In this document: in pieces, positions 55,765 through 64,000 of the stretch | Numbering within the stretch: the first letter of the stretch is position 1 | Layout of the letters: the number at the start of each line of letters is the position of its first letter | The notes under the pieces: generated by a model | What the model saw: the letters and a program-made list of their open reading frames with translations, nothing else | What the model was told of the DNA's origin: nothing | Database searches by the model: none | Made by a program: the position numbers and the translations under genes | Assembly (NCBI GenBank): GCA_051362555.1 | Contig: CM120644.1 | Coordinates: 9,680,954 to 9,744,953, forward strand | Origin: Lingula anatina | Lineage: Eukaryota > Animalia > Brachiopoda | Direction: 5' to 3' | Length of the DNA: 64,000 nt

Positions 55765-57330
55765 GGGGTCTAGGATATTAAAAATACGTCTAAAACTCGA
55801 TTTTTAGTTTTTATACGTTAGAAATAATCAATTTTGTATCTAATACTCAATTAAGTTATATTTGTGAAACACGGACTAAAAATATACATTTGGACGAGTT
55901 TTTCTACCTGTCCTGACTGGTACGGGTGGCAGGCTTAAGGCTCCGCCTCCGTTGTCAAGCACCGTTACTATGGGGGGCGGGGCAAGAATGGTTGTCTAAC
56001 TTCTTAAGCTGTTACGCGTGCCCTGGCAGCTCATAAGTCTTACGTCAGCTAAGCAGAACACATTTATATACACAGTCATGGGAAGAAAGAAAGTCGTGAG
56101 AAAACGGATGAGCGAGGAAAGCAAGAGAATTTTGAAAGAGAGTGCTTCTGGTGGATGGAGAAACCCCGCGGTAAAGACTCGAGATCACACTTGAACTGCT
56201 GAGTATTCGTACAACGTCTGGGGTTGTCAGAAAAAAATCGTTAGGCAATCATTTTATGCACAATAAAGATTGTAATAGCAAGCAAGTTTTAAAGTAATAT
56301 TGCCACCCAAAACATTTTCAAATTCGCATATTACGGTCTTGGCACTCTGTGGCATCATGGCATATACGTACCCACATTCGGCCATTTCTCGGAGTAAATC
56401 TTGCTTTACTTTCTCAATTTTCGCGTCTTGGTGTGTAGAGCGGCGTCCACGCACGACGGGTGGCATTGTCCTCTGCTGGCACACCATGTAATCCTCTTTT
56501 TGTTTGTAAGCGCTTCCTTAGACACTTCCTAGACAGTGCACAGACTCCAACTGCGTCAGGCACAATTATGATTAATTACGTCAGTGAAACGAGAGTAGGT
56601 AGACCTACTCAGCTGTCAATCATTTCCCAGGGAAGAGCGACTTTCGTGGTACGAATAAGTTTGCGTACAAAAGTAAGATTTTCTGGCATCTAGATAGAAA
56701 CAAACAACCCAATTTTAACACGTAATTGTGCATAGACCTTCCCGATCAACAAGATGATAACAGGTAAGGTGGAGGTGCAATTATTTTGCTTAAATAGCCC
56801 AATTACCTGAGCAAAATGGTTTAGGAGCGATTTCTCAGCTTTGAAGATTGATAACATAGTCTAAACTTCAATCCCCATATCTCATTCTGTAACTGTCAGA
56901 TTGACATGAAATTTGATGTGTCTATTTGAAAATCTAGTCGTCTGAGTCTTGGTTTTGGATTGACCTTTTATTTTTGAAGTTATTAATACTGAAATTGGAA
57001 GGTCCATATATATTTCGTAAAATTCACGTTTTATCAAAATAAAATCAAAAGTAAAAATAAAAAGAGAAAATCCTGACAGAGTTTAATGGAGTTTGTGCTA
57101 ACCTTTAGATAGCTATTTCAATCGTATTAATAGGGCTTTTTGTTTAAGAGAAATTCTTGATTAAAAAAAAGACAATTTTAGCCTCAAAACGCTGATATTA
57201 CGTCACTCGTGTTACACAGTGACTACAAACTTTGAAAAATTGTTTGGCTTGCTAGACCTTTTCTTTAAGTTAATAGGAAATTTCATTAGCTGCATTAGTT
57301 TTGGACTTTTTCGTTAATATCCAAGATCCC
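55765..57330. mobile_element. Kolobok-like element nested in the EnSpm-like element
   Basis: TTAA TSD and imperfect TIRs GGGGTCTAGGATATTAA / TTAATATCCAAGATCCC. Confidence 0.65.
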
Positions 57331-58226
57331 TTAAGGGAATCTACTAGAAGCTTACTTGACAAACTACCTGTGAGTGCAACAAATTTTACAAGAAATGTCA
57401 AGTTTTATTTTTCTTGTCTTTCAGATGTGATATGGTGCTTGTATCCCAGTCGACATTTGGTCCGACTTCTCTAGCGGGTGAAACAACAGCGGTGATATGT
57501 TTTTCCAGAGATCAACTACAACCTGCCTGATCTCTACGTTTATTTCTCTGGCTGACAGATTTGGAGTCTCCTAGGACAGCAGGGACTATCTAGCTATCGG
57601 TTCAACTGATCAAACTCACTCTGAGCTCTTATACTAAGTTCTACTCCTTATATACTTATACACACAAAATACATTACAGTGAATCATTAACAGGATTGAG
57701 ATATTGAAGCCAGTTAACAGAATTAAGACATATTACTAAGGACTCGATAATTAAACTCGGACTTCTTTAAACTTGGATGTAAATAAAGTTGTTGAACCCT
57801 CTTAAAAATTAAAGCATCCTTTATAGCTTGGTTACTGTTCTTTCCAATGAATAAAATGCATAAGCAGATTCACGTTGTATCATTATATCAGAGACATCTG
57901 AACAATTTTTACCAAATGTTGATTTAATTTGATTTAAATGTGCAAGTTTCTAAAATAAAATATTGAAAAATGTTTATGGTGTTTCTTACTGATATTCTGT
58001 GTGTGCTATTTTTTCATTCATTTTATAATTTTCTGTATGTGTTCTGCCAGCTGTACTATATGGCTAAAATACAGTAATAAAATTTTGCTACTCAATGATT
58101 TCAAATATGGCATACATGATTTAATTAAAAAAAAGAACTGGCATAAATAAAGCATAATCACTGGGTTAAATATTAGTTGTCAGTCTACTGCAATAGTGGT
58201 ACTGCAGAAGAATGTTTTTTCGATTT

Positions 58227-58266
<40 letters not shown>

Positions 58267-61200
58267 GGGGGGGGGGGGTTTCCGGAAAAATTCGCGAGAA
58301 CAGTTCTGGAGAGTTTGCAGCAAATTTGCAAGAAGGATTTCTTAAGAGTTTGCAGAGCGTTCGCAAGAACAGTTCTGGAGGGTTTGCAGCAAATTTGCAA
58401 GAACTTCTAGTGAATTTGCAGAAAATTCGCAAGAACAGTTCTGGAGAGTTTGCAGCAAATTCGCAAGAACTGTAGTGGAGAGTTTGCAGCAAATTCGCAT
58501 GAATGGTTCTTGAGAGTTTGCAGCAAATTTGCAAGAAACCTGTGACAGATTCCCTTTTGTCATGCTGATTAAGTTTGTGGGGAGTTTGCAGCAAATTTGC
58601 AAGAGACTTAATTTACATGGTAAATTCCCTCTTGCAAATTTGTTGCAAATTTGCAGCAACTGTTTGCAAGAAGCCTTAAATTTTGCTAAGGGTATATATA
58701 GTGCTCAACCTCATAGAAACCCATCACTGGGGACGGTCACGGTATAGTGATCAAAAGCTTTGTAAGCTACTGCTCAAGTAAGTGTAGAAAATGAAACGTT
58801 AATACTGAAAACTTAATACTTAACTATGCACAGTTCAACCAAAATGATTTGTTGCAAATCATATCCTTCTTTTCAGCTGGTAAGAATTATAGAAAAAAAA
58901 GTGAGAAGCGGTTCACGTACAAATTTGCAAATAAATGGACTCTAACAAAGCTGCACTTTTGCGGAACGTACGTCTCTCATGACATAGTGAAATGCAGACT
59001 AGAGTTGTTTTAACAAAAGGTGTGAAAAAAAGTTAAGTTCGATGCAATATGAAAACGTCATGAGGGCAAATGATTTTGACAAATACACCTATTTGCAAAA
59101 GAAACCCCAAGTGAGATATTTCCTAAGTTGTATGGTATCTGTGGGTCTTTATTGTGCAAGGTAAAGTTAAACAGCAGATAACTAGGAACTAGAAAGGATT
59201 TTTAAAAGCGTTTTACTAAATGGTAGACCGAACTAGTGGTTCAGAAAGATTACGAACTTACTCAGGCCTACCCAACTACCAGACTCGGCACCTACGGATC
59301 CAGAATAAACCGATATATCAGACCACACTACCCGTTTTCAAAGTGTGTGTTTTACGTCGTTGAAGAATATTCTACTTCTACTTAGTATATACACCACTTT
59401 AAATTCGGAGAAGATTCGGGGTATCGCTGTAGTATGATTTCAGTATGTCTGCTGCTTTTCTGTTACCACCTTCACTTACCTTGTCCATGAAATAGCGCAC
59501 ACAAATCTATGAAGCTATGGTGTTGAGGTCAGTATAACATTTCTTTCGTGTCTGCGAGAAGAGCTAGAGACCATCATAGTTCTTGCCGACGTTTATAAAC
59601 GCAGGACGATGCCAAAATCGAAAAAGAGCGACTTCTACCTTCAACAAAACATCACGTATGCAAAGCCATGGGGGACTTGATTTTCTTTACATCAATATAT
59701 TTACCCTGTGCGACAAAGCGCACAAAAACATTACGTCTATTCAGGCGCTACGTTTTTCACAAAATAAACTGGCCCAGTTTTTAGAAAAGGTTGCAGTTTA
59801 CTTGTAGGCCTACGCTTTGATTTGTTTGGGTGAAAGGTACAGCACGTTTGGGCGACACTTAAGCATTGAATATTACAGAATCTTGTAGATCAAGGAGCGT
59901 GCCATGCATATTTATATTTTTAAAGCTGTTAACGGTCTTCTTTCCAAAGAAAATGGTTCTTAAACCCCATTCCCGTTTGAAAGACACCATCGGTCTACGA
60001 AAATCGACCCAATTAACTCTTCAGGGACTTTTGCTGACTGCAATCAGCTTAACTGAATGACCTGAATCACCAACTTTTCTGAATTCAACTTAATTCCTGG
60101 AGGTGTGTCGTTCAGGTATACTGATTGCAAGTTAGATATATATATATATAGGCTTTAATCTTTGCCAACTATGTTATCATTTCTCATCATTCTGACTACT
60201 TTAAAACACAATTTTCTGAGGTCTTTTGCTCATGTTGTACTTGGGATTGTTATTTATACAGTAACCATACAATTATTAGTTATATCAATTTTACCTATCA
60301 TCAGTTGTAACTGTAATAATGACCAAAACATCCACAAATAAAAAATGAAAAAAAATCACATTGTGTGTTCTCATTCAAAAGATATAATTAGTGATGGATT
60401 CTCTCCGAGAATTTGGCTATGAGAAATTCAAAGAGAATTGGAGATAACATGCAAACCTCTTTAGGTCAGTTGTGTATTCAAAAGGTCAATGATGTCATAT
60501 GAGGTACTTACACTTGCCTTAACAAATCATATTGAATATTAAGGCTATACGACGTTTAATTATTTTCATTTTTATTTATTTTTCCTCTCACCCATGCCGT
60601 TGATTGAGTTTACTCGGAACTGACTGAATCAACTCATAGGTTCATAGGTTCTTGTTGATATTCTTTATATATGTAAACCGACAAAAAACAACAACTCGTT
60701 AAAAGAAAATGGGAAAATATTGATCGCATATTACAACTTAATCGACAAGCAACAAGCTAATGGTATACGTCTTAAAATTTCAATTGTAAGGTTAACAATA
60801 TGAATTGCCAATCTCTAATTTCTACCCGTTTATGCAATGCTGTAACTGTACAACCTTTTTTTTTTACTGACAGAGAAAGAGAGTCCAAGTATGTCAATGT
60901 GTGTGTGTGTGTGCGCGATTTAAAAACCAAAAACTGTAAGATTGTATATTTATTTGCTACTGAATAAAAAAAACTCATACGGTTCTTTTCACATTAAGCG
61001 ATAATTTTTAGTACCACAACAGCTTGACTGGATATATTTTAAAAAACTTCTTTTCAAATTTTTAATGTACAGATTAAAATTAATCCGGATTACTGGCTGT
61101 GTCGAGCACGTAGGTTTTCTTAGAATATGGTTTTCTCGTGTAAAAAGCTTGGCAATAAAGTTGTCCTGTGCTGCTCTGACGCTTCTTGCAAGTATATGTG

Positions 61201-61489
61201 CAGTTTTATACATTCATTTTACATGCGCCATTGATATTAAATACATTGTTGGACAAATACCGATGGAAGCCATGTTCCATATTATTATCAGCAAAGTCTT
61301 ATCCTAGACTGTCTTGCGAGACCAATCTTCAGCATATGATTGAAGCGGCTTCACTGCTGAAATCTCAGCTGGATATTGGGCGTGCCTTTATTTAGGCTTT
61401 TCCTCATTACAATATCATATTTATTATAATAAAAACTAGGCATTTATTAAGACAATCTTTGTCATAATAAGTATTGTTTGTTTTAAGCA

Positions 61490-63753
61490 TCATGCTGTAA
61501 AATATTCCTTCAGTGACCCCCTAACCGTCCAGTCATCAGCAGACGATCGGGTGTCTTTCACAGTTTTGTAAACCTTCAGGAACAGCTTGTCAAAAGGCAG
61601 TTTGGCGGTGAAGTACGTCATAGGATTACCAACACTGGCTTGTATAGCAGGCGGCCTGGAAAAATATTCATGAAACGTACAAAAAAAGCCTCATTCTTCT
61701 TTAAAATACACATATTTACTAAGACCCAGGAGAACGACAAGGATTTTCTTGTCGATTAAAGAAGGAAAAAACACAGCTCCCACGTAGATGTTTGAACAGT
61801 TTCACCTATTTTATACTTATAAGCAATAAAAATCATCTTTAAATTTGTAAAAAACAATAATAACATTTTATTAAACGCGTGGAATATTTCGATGGACAAG
61901 AGGGTAATTATATTGAAACACGCAGTTCTAATTTTCTTAAATCTACCTCTTTAAAATCTGTTTTAGAAGTACTTCATCTTAGCTCTAGAAATATTGTATT
62001 TGAATAATATAATTTTCTGAATAAGCTTTTTAACGATGCAAGTCATACAGCCTTGTCCCTCTCCCACCACTCTGAAAACGATAATATACACACTGTAAAC
62101 ATATATCTTAAAACTTTCTTCCCCAACTTTAACCTTAAAGTTATCCACTTAAGATGTCCGGTATGTTGAGCTAAAACCACCTCATTCAGAAATTCCCCAC
62201 ACCTGCATGAGCATATTTAATGCTACATGCTTAAAGAATTGATAATATTTACAAAAATAAGTAATCATTCTTACTGGTCTTTGAGATGGACGTCCACATT
62301 TCGTATAAATCGAAGAAGTCCGCATATGGTAGACCTGTAGCCATTCCTCATTGGTTTTGAAACTTCGTCATAAACAGCCTGATCGAGCAATTCTTTCTGC
62401 AAAACATTATTTTTTGAAACTCGGTATATTTATTTCGTCAGTACAATATACAGATGGTGAAACAGATTTTTCAATGCCACTTGTGCTGCAATGGTAAAAT
62501 AATAAATCGTTTCTGAAAAGAGGAAACGTCATACGTCATTAATAAAATACTATTTTCTTGACATAATTTATGACTAATTTTGTCACACAGATATAAACCG
62601 AACTCTACAAAAAACTGTTCAAATTACATTGAAATTATTCTTTATATAATTATTTTATTGAAATAAAGTGCTATATAAAATATTGAAATTAAAGATTTTG
62701 TCTTCGTGCCAAGATTTTAGAGGTTCTGTGCATGCCACGTGCGCTGTAAGTGCGTCCTCAACAAATCAAAGATGGAAGATGAGATAAACTGTGATTCGTT
62801 ATGTGCCTGGGGCACTTTTGCGTATACATTCAGGTTGTTGCACAATAATATAGAGTAATGCCCTACACGAAAATACATTAAATTTCACGACTGATTTGAT
62901 TACATTTCAAGCTCAGTACAGTTTGAAAGATGATAAAAATGCTGGGGATTTTACAGTACAGAGCTTATAGGACATGTGTCGTTTTTGGCCAGTTTTTGGT
63001 AGGCAGTGATATTGGTCTGAAAGAAGAGTTTAAGATCGCCCCATTGATTTTCTCCCTTTCCCTTCCTCCAATCTCTCCGGATGAGTTTACGTAGATTAAT
63101 TAGTCTAATATTACGTGTACGCCAGTAACACACTGGTTATCCGCATTCAAGTATATGCGGAAGCACATTCAAGTATATGTGGAAGCACATTCAAGTATAT
63201 GCAGAAGCAAAATCATCAATAATAATCCAAAAAGACCTACCCAATGTGCTACTGTGTTAAACACGGATACCGTCAACCCATCCAGTGTCAACGTTACGGA
63301 ATGTGGCTGCTGTCTCCAACTGCAATATATTCAGTGGATTAACATGGATTTTATACAAATCAAATATCACATAGATAACGGCTGTTCTTATTGTAAACAA
63401 AAAAATTATTATTAAACTGCTCGCATTAAGTATACTGCTGATATTCTATTCTCACATTTTCTTCAATCCATCTACGTCTACTACGTCTAAGACATTAAAA
63501 GAAATGCTTACATTATTTTGTTTAAGATAAAAAAAAATACAATCTGGAACGTAAAGGACATGAGATTTATGTAACACGAAGCAAAGTACTACTTGTTTGC
63601 ATTTCAACATTGTGTCAAAGCTAATTCTTTCATTTAATGTATAAAATGATTATATGTAGTATCCCTCTATTTTACCTTTCTTTCACTTCCTTCTCGTCCC
63701 CCAGCACACCAAGAAAACGATACCTCATATCCACATTCCAAAAGAACGGGTGC
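61490..63753 (-). CDS. Paralogue C, 3' part (exons 7-10: kinase C-terminus and KEN RNase); continues beyond the right edge of the window
   Basis: Exons 63753-63676 (HPFFWNVDMRYRFLGVLGDEKEVKE), 63319-63241, 62396-62275 (KELLDQ..GLLRFIRNVDVHLKDQ), 61655-61490 (ends YFTA-TGA). Exon sizes 78/79/122/166 nt are identical to copy B. Confidence 0.87.
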
Positions 63754-64000
63754 CTGTTAATGAGAGATATATCAATATTTACTGCACATTTACCACGTAA
63801 CTCCCTGTACCTAAATTCTTACCAGTGAAACATTTTTTTTTTAAATATTCCCTTGTCAGTATGCGTTTAAGTGCTTTCATGTATTTGGACAACATTACAC
63901 ACATCCAACTAACATACATTAATAGTTATTATTTTGTCACTTGTTGATAGTCAAAACGACCGTTAACTTTTTAAGTGCGTGTCTTTAATCTAATAGTGTG

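Larger units (their letters stand above)
47878..58692. mobile_element. ~10.8-kb EnSpm/CMC-like DNA transposon upstream of copy B coding exon 1
   Basis: TIR CCCTTAGCAAAAT..ATTTTGCTAAGGG, TA on both flanks, long subterminal arrays of TTTGCAAGAA and AAATTTGCAGCAAATTTGC at both ends. Confidence 0.8.

Noticed and set aside
58166-58747. Overlapping ORFs rich in LQICCK/CKFAAN (also 47744-48829)
   Set aside because: Translations of palindromic subterminal repeats and homopolymers.
58787-58797. ISRE-like GAAAATGAAAC upstream of copy B
   Set aside because: A single short match in AT-rich DNA, with no clear counterpart upstream of copy A and an unknown TSS.
59474-59540. Candidate first exon of copy B (minus-strand AAG|GTAAGT donor)
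   Set aside because: Position is plausible, but it cannot be supported without transcript data or a homologous block for copy A.

Overview
AT-rich, repeat-dense eukaryotic (probably invertebrate animal) genomic DNA. The main content is a tandem array of at least three minus-strand paralogues of one 10-coding-exon gene. Copy B (47588-39922) is complete and splices to about 1013 aa. Copy A (9457 to <250) has one homopolymer frameshift and its last exon lies off-window. Copy C shows only exons 7-10 (63753-61490). Hand-spliced on GT-AG sites, the protein is: signal peptide, short Thr/Ser-rich ectodomain, one TM helix, Cys-rich juxtamembrane stretch, about five tandem ubiquitin-like (Ubl) domains, a non-RD IRE1/RNase L-type kinase, and a KEN ribonuclease domain. 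It has neither the IRE1 luminal domain nor the RNase L ankyrin repeats, so it looks like a distinct, expanded family of membrane-anchored Ubl-kinase-RNase receptors, possibly in innate immunity (inference). The space between the genes holds nested transposons (Tc1, L1/Tx1 and Rex/Babar-type LINEs, two PIF/Harbinger copies, a MULE-like element, MITEs, a solo LTR, a 10.8-kb EnSpm-like element, a Kolobok-like element), a 1023-bp tandem array and a decayed ~3-kb tandem unit. All coordinates were read by eye and may be off by a few bases.
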